A stretch of DNA of 46,717 bases, taken from assembly GCA_964632015.1 (NCBI GenBank), contig CAZWAT010000002.1, positions 1 through 46,717 of the forward strand, given 5' to 3'. The notes below the pieces were generated by a model that saw nothing but the letters and a program-made list of their open reading frames with translations, had not been told where the DNA came from and searched no databases. The translations under genes and the position numbers were made by a program. This document shows, piece after piece, positions 1-9,078 of this stretch. Position 1 is the stretch's first letter; each line of letters starts with the position of its first letter. This DNA is from an uncultured Planctomycetaceae bacterium. Lineage in GTDB: Bacteria; Planctomycetota; Phycisphaerae; SM23-33.

Positions 1-67
1 ACTCAATTTTGAAGTTGATACCGGATGTGCTGCCGGACCCGGGCTTGTAGGCCTGAGGCTGTGGTTG

Positions 68-2425
68 CTATTCCTTCATTTTAATAGTTTGCAGGTATTC
101 CACTCCGGCAATAACAAAGAAGATTGTCCCCAGGTCACGCACATAATATGGCGAACGCTCGCTTCCATCTGGAGGCAGAATCTTCTCAAGGATAGCCCCT
201 TGGAGGTTGGGATCTTGGGTATTCTGGAATTGCATTCTCATGCAGAACGAAATTGCTGTTGATGCGGCGTCAAGCCAGACTTGCTCGGCAGTCTGCTCGA
301 ACAGGCGTAGAAACAGTATTGCCACACACGCCGAACCGGAGGTTGCGTGACCAAAGGATTCTGTATTGAAGTCGGCGTAGGTGCCTCGCATGTAGCCACC
401 GTCGCGTCGCATGGCTTTGAGGCAGAATTCACCTGAGGCAATTGCTGTTTGCAAAAACTCTTCTCGCCCCGTTTGGAGATAAGTGTCAATGAGCGGCATA
501 CCCCACCAGTAGGTATGACGAGGATGAAATGTGCCTGTATTCACGTTGCAGGGGCCGTAGTCAATCCAGTTGCCGGGTGGATTCTGATCGGCAAGCAGGC
601 GTTCTGATATCTTGACATGCGCGTCAAGGAATCGATCTTCTCCTGTTCGCTTGTATAGTTTCAGAAGAATACCATCATCCAGGAGAGGCCGACCCCCGAT
701 GGTGTCTTTGCTTCGATAGCGGGTGGTCGATCCGACTCTCGCTTCGGCGGGGATGTACAAGTCGCGAAAAAGCCCTAACTCCGGCACAAACAGGCGGTCA
801 AGCAGAAAGCTTCCTGCGGTGATTATTCTTTCCCACAGGTTGTCGGAGTTTTCAGCTTCCGCCAACATCATAAGACCATCCATCGTCTCAAGAATCGCCG
901 AGGTGTTGACCTGATCGGCGATATCCTCAAATGCCAGAATCAGACCATGATTGGCGTCGGAAGGGTCCCACACTTGATTTCCAAAGACGAAATCAGCGCC
1001 AGCCCGCGCGCCATCCATGTACCGCGGTTGGTCGAGCGCCTCCGCTGCCATGACCAGTGCCTTCACCGCCTGTCCGGTATGCCAGATCGGCCCGAACAGG
1101 AACCATAGACGATCCGTCAACGTGTATTCACCACGAATTGCTCCACGCCAGCACCGGTATGCGGATTCCTTGCGGTCATGAGTTTTGGGGGGCAGAACGT
1201 CTGTTTTGATCTGGGCGATATCCTGTATCCACGCGCAGCCGCGATCAATAGCCTCTCGCAACTTGGCTGGGTCTACAACCTGCTTGTTGACGTTATTGAC
1301 GACGCCCCGGTGGTTCATCGCCTGTGATTTAGTGAAAGTAAACGACTGATAGGCCTGCTCTGTCGGTTTGCCATATAGGAACATCGCCCGTCGTTGCTTG
1401 GGTAGAGCGATCATGGAGTATTCGGTGACGGCAGTATCCGGTGCGGTACCATTTCGACAGATGGCTGGTTGATCAGTTTTGCTGAGTATTGCCCGCATTT
1501 CATTGAGGTCGGTTTTTTCCGCCGCATCGAGCCGTTCGTCCAGCCACTTCATCCGCTCATTCGCATTGCATCTACCTGCGGGGCTGCGACGGTCAGCCTG
1601 GGCAAGAGCGGCCAGTTGATAGATGTTCACGCAGTGCATGTGGCCATGGCTGTTTCGAGATTGTCGCACCTGTATCAAAGGACATGGTGCCTCCAGTGAA
1701 GCGGTATGTCCCTGTTCGTCTACGCACAGGAAGGCATATCCTTTGCCCCGCATCGGTCGGGCAGTCATATGCGAGATGAACTGCGCGGTTGTGCGGCATC
1801 GCATCAACCCTTCGTAAAACCAGATACGAATCGGGACATGACTGTCACTTGGTTCAAATATGCTTCCCACGGAGGAATGCCCAACACTCAGACCTACCGA
1901 GTTCATCCCGTCGCCAGTTGCCAACATTCCGGCATAGGTGAAGATCACCACAGGAAGAAGACCCACCCGGTGAATGACACGGGCACAAACGGGTATTGGA
2001 AATTCCTTTGCGCCGCGATCATTGTTCTTGCCCCATATAGGCCCGTTCGGGCCTGCGGCAAAGGCAATGTTGGTGCACCGATCTTCAACACTTTCAGACA
2101 GGCCCTCGGTATTGAGATACAGCAGTTCATCAAATGGTACGTTCGCCGCTTCGGCGATCGCCCGCAGTTCGTCCAGCGATTGTGGCGCCGAGTTAAGAAG
2201 CGTTTTTGCTACAATTGACTTTTGCTTATTCCAATGACGTGATTTTGGTTTCTTCGCCAGCACAGCAAGGTGCTGTTTGATGTCCTCACGAAGAGCCTCG
2301 CCTGTGTCCAGACCGATCTGGCGAGCTGATCCGCTGACCTCGATAATGCGCATGGTTGTGGGCACTTCGATCGAAATTGGTGATTTGTGGACAGACATGG
2401 CCGCATCCGAGAAATAGGTACTCAT
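68..2425 (-). CDS. Fusion protein: N-terminal peptidase C45 / acyl-CoA:6-APA acyltransferase-like Ntn-hydrolase domain plus C-terminal prenyltransferase/squalene-oxidase-repeat-like alpha/alpha toroid domain
   Basis: ORF 68..2476 (802 aa). The N-half opens MRIIEVSGSARQIGLDTGEAL and has a C45-style nucleophile context DRCTNIAFAAGPNGPIWGKNNDRG. The C-half has QW-like motifs (LADQNPPGNW, RRDGGYMRGTY) in a helical-repeat context. Start is uncertain: TTG 2476, ATG 2425, 2398 or 2353. Confidence 0.7.
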   Translation of the reverse strand: MSTYFSDAAMSVHKSPISIEVPTTMRIIEVSGSARQIGLDTGEALREDIKQHLAVLAKKPKSRHWNKQKSIVAKTLLNSAPQSLDELRAIAEAANVPFDELLYLNTEGLSESVEDRCTNIAFAAGPNGPIWGKNNDRGAKEFPIPVCARVIHRVGLLPVVIFTYAGMLATGDGMNSVGLSVGHSSVGSIFEPSDSHVPIRIWFYEGLMRCRTTAQFISHMTARPMRGKGYAFLCVDEQGHTASLEAPCPLIQVRQSRNSHGHMHCVNIYQLAALAQADRRSPAGRCNANERMKWLDERLDAAEKTDLNEMRAILSKTDQPAICRNGTAPDTAVTEYSMIALPKQRRAMFLYGKPTEQAYQSFTFTKSQAMNHRGVVNNVNKQVVDPAKLREAIDRGCAWIQDIAQIKTDVLPPKTHDRKESAYRCWRGAIRGEYTLTDRLWFLFGPIWHTGQAVKALVMAAEALDQPRYMDGARAGADFVFGNQVWDPSDANHGLILAFEDIADQVNTSAILETMDGLMMLAEAENSDNLWERIITAGSFLLDRLFVPELGLFRDLYIPAEARVGSTTRYRSKDTIGGRPLLDDGILLKLYKRTGEDRFLDAHVKISERLLADQNPPGNWIDYGPCNVNTGTFHPRHTYWWGMPLIDTYLQTGREEFLQTAIASGEFCLKAMRRDGGYMRGTYADFNTESFGHATSGSACVAILFLRLFEQTAEQVWLDAASTAISFCMRMQFQNTQDPNLQGAILEKILPPDGSERSPYYVRDLGTIFFVIAGVEYLQTIKMKE

Positions 2426-2462
2426 AATTGCACAAAACCCTGCTTTGACCAGTGAGGCCTTA

Positions 2463-2476
2463 TTGTATACATACAA
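2463..2476. promoter_or_regulatory. Palindrome TTGTAT-AC-ATACAA (GTATAC core); candidate GntR-type operator in divergent control region
   Basis: Read directly: 6-nt arms with a 2-nt spacer, between the divergent genes at 68..2425 and 2624..3736. GT..AC-type palindromes are the usual GntR-family operator theme. Untested. Confidence 0.3.
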
Positions 2477-2498
2477 AATTAGCGAACTGCTATTCCTT

Positions 2499-2514
2499 GA
2501 CTATCATTATAGTC
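2499..2514. promoter_or_regulatory. Palindrome GACTAT-CATT-ATAGTC; second candidate operator
   Basis: Read directly: perfect 6-nt arms with a 4-nt spacer. It overlaps a TTGACT hexamer (2497-2502) in the same divergent intergenic region. Confidence 0.3.
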
Positions 2515-2549
2515 TTGTGCGAAAAAGTCAAGCTTTATTGGGAAACGCC

Positions 2550-2578
2550 TTGACATCCAAGCATATCGAATGTATTTT
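2550..2578 (+). promoter_or_regulatory. Sigma70-like promoter candidate for the regulator gene
   Basis: TTGACA (2550-2555), 17-nt spacer, TATTTT (2573-2578), about 45 nt upstream of ATG 2624. Confidence 0.4.
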
Positions 2579-2623
2579 AAATAGTAATAGAGGTGTTCTT
2601 CCTCTTGAATAGTGTGTAGGCAA

Positions 2624-3736
2624 ATGTCATTACTGCGTTATGTAGACATTGTGAATCAGTTGACGGCACGAAGGGGTTTGCTTATTGCTCCTGCGCGTCT
2701 TCCCGACGAGCACGAGTTAGCAAACGAATATGGCGTTGCGCGAGACACTGTCAGACGTGCGTTGAAGGTGCTTGAAGAGCAGGAGGCGGTAGTTCGCCGT
2801 CGCCGTCGCGGGACATTTCTGCAACCACTGGTAGCCTGCCCCAATGTTTGTCGGGGACATGCCGTCGGATTTGTGCCCCCTTGGTGGGCCGACTCTACCA
2901 CTGTCTGGTGCACATCCACCGTGTTTGAAGGGGTCTCTCGCTGGGCGGACGAGCAAGGGTGCTCTCTTAATGTGCTCCACGCCCAGATGCATGAGGACCA
3001 GGACCGCTTTGCCCAGCGGGTGCGAGAACGCAATTTGGCGGGAGTGGTCTGGCTTCATCCTCAAACCGAGCAGGTACCAATAATTCGAAGGCTGGCGAAG
3101 CTCATGCCAGTTGTAGTCGTTGGAAGACATGTGACAGGCGAAGGCGTCTACAGCGTCACACCTGATTACGTTCATGCAGCCAGACTGATCGATGACCACC
3201 TTGTTGGACTAGGACACTCCACATACGCCGCGGTGGGCACCGACCTTATGGGTATATACAACGCGAAATGGCTCAAGGCGATCGAAGAGGCCCATGCGCA
3301 GCGTGGGCAGGTGTTTGATTATACTCACAGGTTTCTGGACATTCGTCCCTTCGCTCGTCAGGTACTGTCACGGTTATTGCTGGAACTCTATTTGCCATTT
3401 CAGCCCGAGATTCAGGCACTGGTGTTGACATCATCAAGTTATTTGAAGTTTTTAGCGGCCGATGTCGCTTTTCGTGATCGAGTAGGCCGGGACTTAAGTG
3501 TAGTCACAATTGATTTTGGTGTAGCGCCAATCGAATTCAGTTGGCCATATCAGGCGGTCGATCACATCGTTTGCGACTGGCAAACCATTGGTCGTCAAGC
3601 GATTTCGCTTCTAGGACAAGTTGTCGAGGGACAGGTTGTTCCCGAATGCAAAACAATGCCCGTTAGTCTGAAAGTTGGCGAAACCCGCACAAGTCATCGA
3701 CCTGTCGAGGGCGGCTCTGACCTGACCGGAAGCTGA
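2624..3736 (+). CDS. AraR-like transcriptional regulator: GntR-family winged HTH plus LacI/GalR-type sugar-binding fold
   Basis: The N-terminus LPDEHELANEYGVARDTVRRALKVLEEQEAV is GntR-type. The remaining ~300 aa resembles a periplasmic-binding-fold effector domain (GVVWLHPQ, PVVVVGRH, SVTPDYVHAARLIDDHLVGLGHS). ATG 2624 is preferred over GTG 2612. Confidence 0.8.
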   Translation: MSLLRYVDIVNQLTARRGLLIAPARLPDEHELANEYGVARDTVRRALKVLEEQEAVVRRRRRGTFLQPLVACPNVCRGHAVGFVPPWWADSTTVWCTSTVFEGVSRWADEQGCSLNVLHAQMHEDQDRFAQRVRERNLAGVVWLHPQTEQVPIIRRLAKLMPVVVVGRHVTGEGVYSVTPDYVHAARLIDDHLVGLGHSTYAAVGTDLMGIYNAKWLKAIEEAHAQRGQVFDYTHRFLDIRPFARQVLSRLLLELYLPFQPEIQALVLTSSSYLKFLAADVAFRDRVGRDLSVVTIDFGVAPIEFSWPYQAVDHIVCDWQTIGRQAISLLGQVVEGQVVPECKTMPVSLKVGETRTSHRPVEGGSDLTGS

Positions 3737-3819
3737 TTGTAGTAAAGGTGCCGTATGGCCTTAATAAGTATATTAGTAACCCACTTCCACAACTGATGTT
3801 GTAGACAGGAGGTCACATC

Positions 3820-4596
3820 ATGCAGACTGGATCCAGATGCAACCTATGTCCTGCGACAACTCTGGTACGCAAGGCATTTACCCTGATCGAGCTGTTGGTG
3901 GTAATAGCAATAATATCGCTATTGATCTCGATATTAATGCCCTCGTTAAGCAAGGCTCGGGAACTGGCTCGGACGACAATGTGCAAGTCGAATATGCGCC
4001 AGTTGGGAATTGCCGCGTTTTCCCGCTCCGTCGAAGCCGATGATTATGTATTGCAGGGCACCGCTTCGGCTCTCGATCGCTGGTGGGATGCACAGAGCGA
4101 TTATCCGTTCAACTACATGAACTATCTCGGAGGTACCAGATACCTTTGGCAGACCGGCATGTACTGCCCGGATGTACCGGCGGAGGAAATTGGAACCTCG
4201 GCCTCGCTGACGCCCTCAACGTACCTGTTCAACCAGTTCTGGTGGACATCCCATGAGAAAAGCTGGGCTGCAGGTAACAGGCAGGCCCATGAGGATGCTG
4301 CCGATCCGGTTCGTCTCTCGGCGGTACCACAACCGTCAATCGCATTGCTGATGTTTGGCGGTAGGGGATCGGTGGGACAATGGCTTCAGGCGTGGGACAG
4401 AAAGATGGACCGTCACGGTTCCATAGACGCCATTCGTGTCGCCCCGCCAGTGGGCCCACGAACAACCATGCTCTTTGCTGATGGTCACGTCGCCCTTGGA
4501 GAGTTTGACGGCTCTTATATATATGCAATGAGTTTGGACAGCGGCGGAGAATTCAGGGCATACAGGGATATGAAGACTAATGTGCGTCCTGAGTAA
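3820..4596 (+). CDS. Prepilin-type N-terminal cleavage/methylation domain protein (DUF1559-like pseudopilin-like protein)
   Basis: [26 protein letters not shown] is the type IV pilin-like methylation motif plus hydrophobic helix. The C-terminus [15 protein letters not shown] resembles the DUF1559 ending. AGGAGG lies at 3806-3811. Confidence 0.85.
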   Translation: MQTGSRCNLCPATTLVRKAFTLIELLVVIAIISLLISILMPSLSKARELARTTMCKSNMRQLGIAAFSRSVEADDYVLQGTASALDRWWDAQSDYPFNYMNYLGGTRYLWQTGMYCPDVPAEEIGTSASLTPSTYLFNQFWWTSHEKSWAAGNRQAHEDAADPVRLSAVPQPSIALLMFGGRGSVGQWLQAWDRKMDRHGSIDAIRVAPPVGPRTTMLFADGHVALGEFDGSYIYAMSLDSGGEFRAYRDMKTNVRPE

Positions 4597-4671
4597 TACT
4601 CATAGTTACTAATTAGTTATGAGCTGCAACAAGTGTAATGTGTAACAGAACCTATGAAATTCGAGGAATAA

Positions 4672-7600
4672 ATGATAAGTACAGCGGGTATGCTCACCAG
4701 CTCGAAGTGGTGCTTGACGGTGGCGATGATGTTGATTGGTGTTCAAGGCGCCAAGGCGGAAAAGCATTATCCCAGATTGATCGGCAACAGCGCGCCGCTG
4801 CTTACTGATGCGCCGACCATAGACGGTCGAGTGGAATTACGAGAATGGACATGCGCACAGCAGTTGCCGCCATTGATACGCTCTTCAGATGGACAACTGG
4901 ATACTAACCGGACCGAGTCTTATATAGGATACACCGAGGAAGCCCTTTACATTGCGTGGCGAGTATATAGATCTGCCGAATCCGGACCGATGCGAATCTC
5001 CGCCAATACGCCCGGCAAACATGAGGGCCGGGCCGTGTGGCTTGACGATACAGTCGAAATATTCCTTGATATCAATGGCGACGGGAAAAGGGCAGTGTCA
5101 TTTGCGGGCAATGCCGCCAGTGCATATGGCGACGGTCTGGCGAGCGGAACAACCGACTTTACCCATTCCTGGAACTGGCAGTACCAAGCCCGCGAGACGG
5201 ATTTCGGATGGGAGGGCGAGCTTAAAATCGGGTTTAAAGATCTTGGCTTGGATGGCCCCCCGGACGCCAGTGCAACCTGGGGCTTTGATCTCGCTCGCAA
5301 CAATGTGACTCCTGACCAAGAGGTAGCCTACATTTCGTTTCGTGAAAATTGGCACGACAGGAGCAAATACAGTCGTCTGACATTTGGAGGTGGCAAACCG
5401 CTGGTGCGGCTGAGGGAGTTCGGTTCCATCGGAGACGAATCCGTCGGTATCCTTGCCGAAAGCATCAATACCAGCGATCAAGACGCCGATATCGAAGTCG
5501 AGTACACGATCTACCAGCGCCGACCTGAAGTCAGCGCGTTCAATTTCTTCCAGCAGGTCGACGCTGGAGTGTCCAACCGAGCCACGCAGGACATACTCAC
5601 CACAGCTACAGTCGAGCAGCAGTTGGAAGCCGCACTGGGTTTATACAGACAACTGAAGCATGAGCGACTTACCCGACACGTTCCCGCAGGAGGTAGGGCG
5701 ATACTAAATATGGCGTCCAAGGCTGCCGTCGGGGATTACCTGATTGGATATAAGTTCAGACTTGCTGACGGAAGCATGCTTGCGGAAGGTTTGCTTCCCG
5801 CGACCCGATGGGATCCGCTGCATGTTGAGATTGTTCCTTACTATCTGAAGGCTGATCTGATCGATGTCAACCTTACGGTTCATTCCGGTGATGTCCGAAG
5901 CCGAATTAACGATATCACCTGTCGAATGCTGCAAAATGACAAGACCGTTCTTGAGACACATACCACTCTGGAAGGTGCGTCGTCGGGCATAGACCTGTCA
6001 ACCAAGGACATAGTTCCTGGGCAATACAGGCTTGAAGTTATCGCAGTTGACGACGCGGGAAATACGCTAAGCCAGTTCAGCCGCGATCTTCACAGACCCG
6101 AGCCGCCATTCTGGGCCGTCAAACAGTATGGTTTTGCTAACTTTGTTCCAGAGCCTTGGACCCCGGTTGAAGCCAGCGACAACAAGGCGAGTGTCTGGGG
6201 TCGGGATTATCATTTCGACAAAGCATTCCTGCCGAGGCAAATCGTGTCGCAGGGTCATGAATTGCTGGCCGCCCCTCCGCGTCTGCTGCTGCGGATGAAC
6301 AATAAAGAAGTGTCTTGGGAAGGGAAACTGCGACTTGCCGAAAAGAACATAGAGTACGTTGACTATGTTTGGGAAGGCTCGGCCGGAACGATTCCTGTTC
6401 AGGTTCGCACGCGGGTGGAATTTGACGGGTTCATCACTATTGACCTTGGCATGAACACCAACGGGGTGACGATCGACCAATTCTTCGTTGAGTTCCCTTT
6501 GCGTCCCGAGCAGGCGCAATTGTACAGCGTCAAGACTTCACGGAACGTTAGGCCGCTGACTTCAAAGGTGGCTCAAACGGGAATGCTGACAAACAGCTTC
6601 AGTGTGGACTTTGTACCTGGATTATGGCTGGGTAACACGGAACGCGGGCTGCAATGGTGTGCTGAAGTTGACCAGTATTGGCACAATCGTAGCAAGTCCC
6701 GCGCGATTGAAGTTGTTAAGGATGCTGACGAAACAGTGGTGCGCCTGAGGGTGATAGATCAACCTTATCAAACGCCCCAACGCATCGAATACCGATGGGG
6801 CCTGGTCGCCAGCCCGGTAAAGGAGTATGACCTCCAACGCACTCGCGATCTGTACTATGCTCAATATGCCATTCAGGAGGCGTATTACAAAAACGAGCCA
6901 AAGGCGGTGCAAGCCTTCAAGAAACAGTTGATGATGGGCCAGAAGATGGGCGCCAACTGGGCTAATACCTTCCGCTGGCTGACTCGGTACGACGCGCCTG
7001 TGGGGCCTGGTACGTTCGGGGAACCATATCTTGAGAACCCCGCACATATCGAAGCCCACCGCGCCGCGGTCAAGCTCATTCACGAGCATGGCATGAAGAC
7101 GACCGCCTATACAGGATGGAACGGACTGCACCCCAACATGTCATGGTGGCCATTCTTTGGTGAAGCGATGAAACGAACCCCTTCACGCTTCACTTACGGG
7201 GGTTATAAAGGGTGCTCCCGAGCAGGGTTCGGCGATTACCTGGCAAATGGGCTCGCGTGGATGATACAGACCCTCGGTATCGAAGGGGTATATCTGGACG
7301 GCACCGCCAGCATGCAACCATGCTACGAACGTCACCATGGATGCGGCTATACCGACCCGAAAACAGGTCAAAGAGTCATTACCTATAACATATGGCCCCA
7401 ACGTGAGCTGTTTAAAAGAATGTACAAGATAACTCACGGTGAAGTTATCGACGACGGCCTGATTTACAGTCACTCCGGCGGGTCGCCAATGCTGGCGATT
7501 GAATCCTTTGTCGATATCCGACACGGGTCCGAGGGCGACACTCTTGAAGAGTACCTGGATCTGGACAGCTTCCGAACCAAGTACTACGGACGAATGTACG

Positions 7601-8130
7601 GCCTGCCCCTTGAGCTGACATGGGTCTATCACGCGCCGCCCAACCTGGTGTGGGGCGTGGGAATGCTGCACGATACCCCAATCAAGATGTACTACCACCT
7701 CTTCGCCGACCGCCGGTCACGCAGTGACAACTATGACAAAGCACACATCGGTTGGAAAATGTGGGCGCCGCGGCAGTGGTTTGACTGGGAAGCCGGATAT
7801 GAGTGGCACCCGTACTATAACAATAGTGATGTCTTGACTATAAGCAAGTCCAGCGTCAAGGCGTCCTTCCACCTGAACAAAAAAGGGCAAATGATCTTCA
7901 TTGCCCTCAATACCGATGAAGCACAAAACAAAGCCATGTTCGCTTTTGAACTGTCTAAGTTAGGTCTGCCTGGTGTGCTTCATGCCAGAGATGCTGTGAC
8001 TGATGAGGAACTTAAAATCACCAACGGCGAGTTTGAGCTAAACATACTTGGGCATCGTCCACGCGTTTTGATGATAGATGTTGCACCTGTGCCCGAAGTG
8101 GACCTTAACATAGTTGAACATGCGCCATAA
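4672..8130 (+). CDS. Large secreted protein: N-terminal CBM9-like/DOMON-like carbohydrate-binding module, beta-rich middle, C-terminal glycosidase-like module (DUF4091/GH123-related type suspected)
   Basis: Signal peptide MISTAGMLTSSKWCLTVAMMLIGVQGAKA. CBM9-like motifs are APTIDGRVELREW, EEALYIAWRVY and DDTVEIFLDINGDG. The C-terminal region (HEHGMKTTAYTGWNG, IEGVYLDGTASMQPC, GLIYSHSGGSPM) has a barrel-enzyme feel. Family assignment is from memory only. Confidence 0.65.
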   Translation: MISTAGMLTSSKWCLTVAMMLIGVQGAKAEKHYPRLIGNSAPLLTDAPTIDGRVELREWTCAQQLPPLIRSSDGQLDTNRTESYIGYTEEALYIAWRVYRSAESGPMRISANTPGKHEGRAVWLDDTVEIFLDINGDGKRAVSFAGNAASAYGDGLASGTTDFTHSWNWQYQARETDFGWEGELKIGFKDLGLDGPPDASATWGFDLARNNVTPDQEVAYISFRENWHDRSKYSRLTFGGGKPLVRLREFGSIGDESVGILAESINTSDQDADIEVEYTIYQRRPEVSAFNFFQQVDAGVSNRATQDILTTATVEQQLEAALGLYRQLKHERLTRHVPAGGRAILNMASKAAVGDYLIGYKFRLADGSMLAEGLLPATRWDPLHVEIVPYYLKADLIDVNLTVHSGDVRSRINDITCRMLQNDKTVLETHTTLEGASSGIDLSTKDIVPGQYRLEVIAVDDAGNTLSQFSRDLHRPEPPFWAVKQYGFANFVPEPWTPVEASDNKASVWGRDYHFDKAFLPRQIVSQGHELLAAPPRLLLRMNNKEVSWEGKLRLAEKNIEYVDYVWEGSAGTIPVQVRTRVEFDGFITIDLGMNTNGVTIDQFFVEFPLRPEQAQLYSVKTSRNVRPLTSKVAQTGMLTNSFSVDFVPGLWLGNTERGLQWCAEVDQYWHNRSKSRAIEVVKDADETVVRLRVIDQPYQTPQRIEYRWGLVASPVKEYDLQRTRDLYYAQYAIQEAYYKNEPKAVQAFKKQLMMGQKMGANWANTFRWLTRYDAPVGPGTFGEPYLENPAHIEAHRAAVKLIHEHGMKTTAYTGWNGLHPNMSWWPFFGEAMKRTPSRFTYGGYKGCSRAGFGDYLANGLAWMIQTLGIEGVYLDGTASMQPCYERHHGCGYTDPKTGQRVITYNIWPQRELFKRMYKITHGEVIDDGLIYSHSGGSPMLAIESFVDIRHGSEGDTLEEYLDLDSFRTKYYGRMYGLPLELTWVYHAPPNLVWGVGMLHDTPIKMYYHLFADRRSRSDNYDKAHIGWKMWAPRQWFDWEAGYEWHPYYNNSDVLTISKSSVKASFHLNKKGQMIFIALNTDEAQNKAMFAFELSKLGLPGVLHARDAVTDEELKITNGEFELNILGHRPRVLMIDVAPVPEVDLNIVEHAP

Positions 8131-8185
8131 TTGGATGGTCGCAACAGTGGCGTGCGGTCAAGACGACGCATGCGAAGGAGATGCA

Positions 8186-8974
8186 ATGAGAAATAGTAAA
8201 AGACAACCTGTGAAGTCAGCATTGTCGCTGGTGGGCGCGTTTGTGTTCGCCGCTGGAATGCTTGTGAACGTCCAGGTAGCCGAGGGTGGAACCATATCCT
8301 ACCCGGCCATGGGAAATGTGGAGCTACCCCAGGGCACTATCGAGATGTGGATTACGCCACAGTTCGACCCGATAGATAGCGACCTTGCGAAGAAGGACTA
8401 CTGGGGATTCAATCTGGTTCAGATCTACCAGGACGACGACAACTTCATATGCCTGATCTGGCGATCAATTAAAGGTCGTAGAGGCCCGTTCGCTCGTCAT
8501 CGTCAGCAGGGATTTCGCATTCCCACCAACTTCAGCACGATATCCGGATGGAAGAAGGACGAGCCCCATCACATAGCCTATTGCTGGGAAGGCGAAACTG
8601 ACTGGTGGGTAATAGACGGCAAGAAAACCAATGAGTCTTCTTCGAAATACGGACCTTTGAAACTGCACATGAACGAGTCCATGACGATAGAGCTGGGAAC
8701 AGCGAAAGTGAACGAAAAGTTTGTCATCGATGATCTGCGGATATCTTCCATCGCCCGCAAAGAGGATGAGGTTGGATATCATAATCCCGGCAAGCTGGGC
8801 AATGACGCATGGACGCTTCTGCTGGACACCTTCGATGAGCCTTTCGAATGCGATGGTACCACTCAAACCAGCCCGGTCATTATGACGCCTTCAGTCTCCG
8901 GGCAGTCAGGAGGCATCCCCGACAAGAACTGCAAGTTCGTGCCAGGTGTAAGCAAGTCTGCCCTGAGCCTGTAG
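8186..8974 (+). CDS. Secreted LamG/concanavalin-A-like lectin-fold protein
   Basis: GGAG at 8177-8180 precedes ATG 8186. Signal peptide MRNSKRQPVKSALSLVGAFVFAAGMLVNVQVAEG. Beta-rich, with a LamG-type ending FVIDDLRISSIARKEDEV. The ORF-track start at 8114 overlaps the previous gene and lacks an SD. Confidence 0.6.
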   Translation: MRNSKRQPVKSALSLVGAFVFAAGMLVNVQVAEGGTISYPAMGNVELPQGTIEMWITPQFDPIDSDLAKKDYWGFNLVQIYQDDDNFICLIWRSIKGRRGPFARHRQQGFRIPTNFSTISGWKKDEPHHIAYCWEGETDWWVIDGKKTNESSSKYGPLKLHMNESMTIELGTAKVNEKFVIDDLRISSIARKEDEVGYHNPGKLGNDAWTLLLDTFDEPFECDGTTQTSPVIMTPSVSGQSGGIPDKNCKFVPGVSKSALSL

Positions 8975-9078
8975 CTTATATGTGGCATTGACTAAGAAAA
9001 GAAGTTGTGAGAAGCGGCCCGTGACGCGTGTCATGATCTGCCGCGGAAGTATGAGTACTTATATGAAAGGGAAGCAAC

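Noticed and set aside
4598-4630. An AT-rich imperfect hairpin (CTCATAGTTACTAATTAGTTATGAG) between the pseudopilin-like gene and the large secreted-protein gene.
   Set aside because: The stem is weak and AT-rich, with a mismatch and no T-tract. It may modulate read-through, but it is not supportable as a terminator.
8114-8185. N-terminal over-extensions in the ORF track. The others are 23362..23682 (S41 protease), 30372..30530 (hisS), 22520..22636 (bfr), 40716..40847 (thioredoxin-fold gene) and 42382..42438 (synthase).
   Set aside because: The extensions lack an SD, overlap neighbouring genes or small ORFs, and have odd composition. Internal starts with SD-like sequences yield canonical N-termini or signal peptides.
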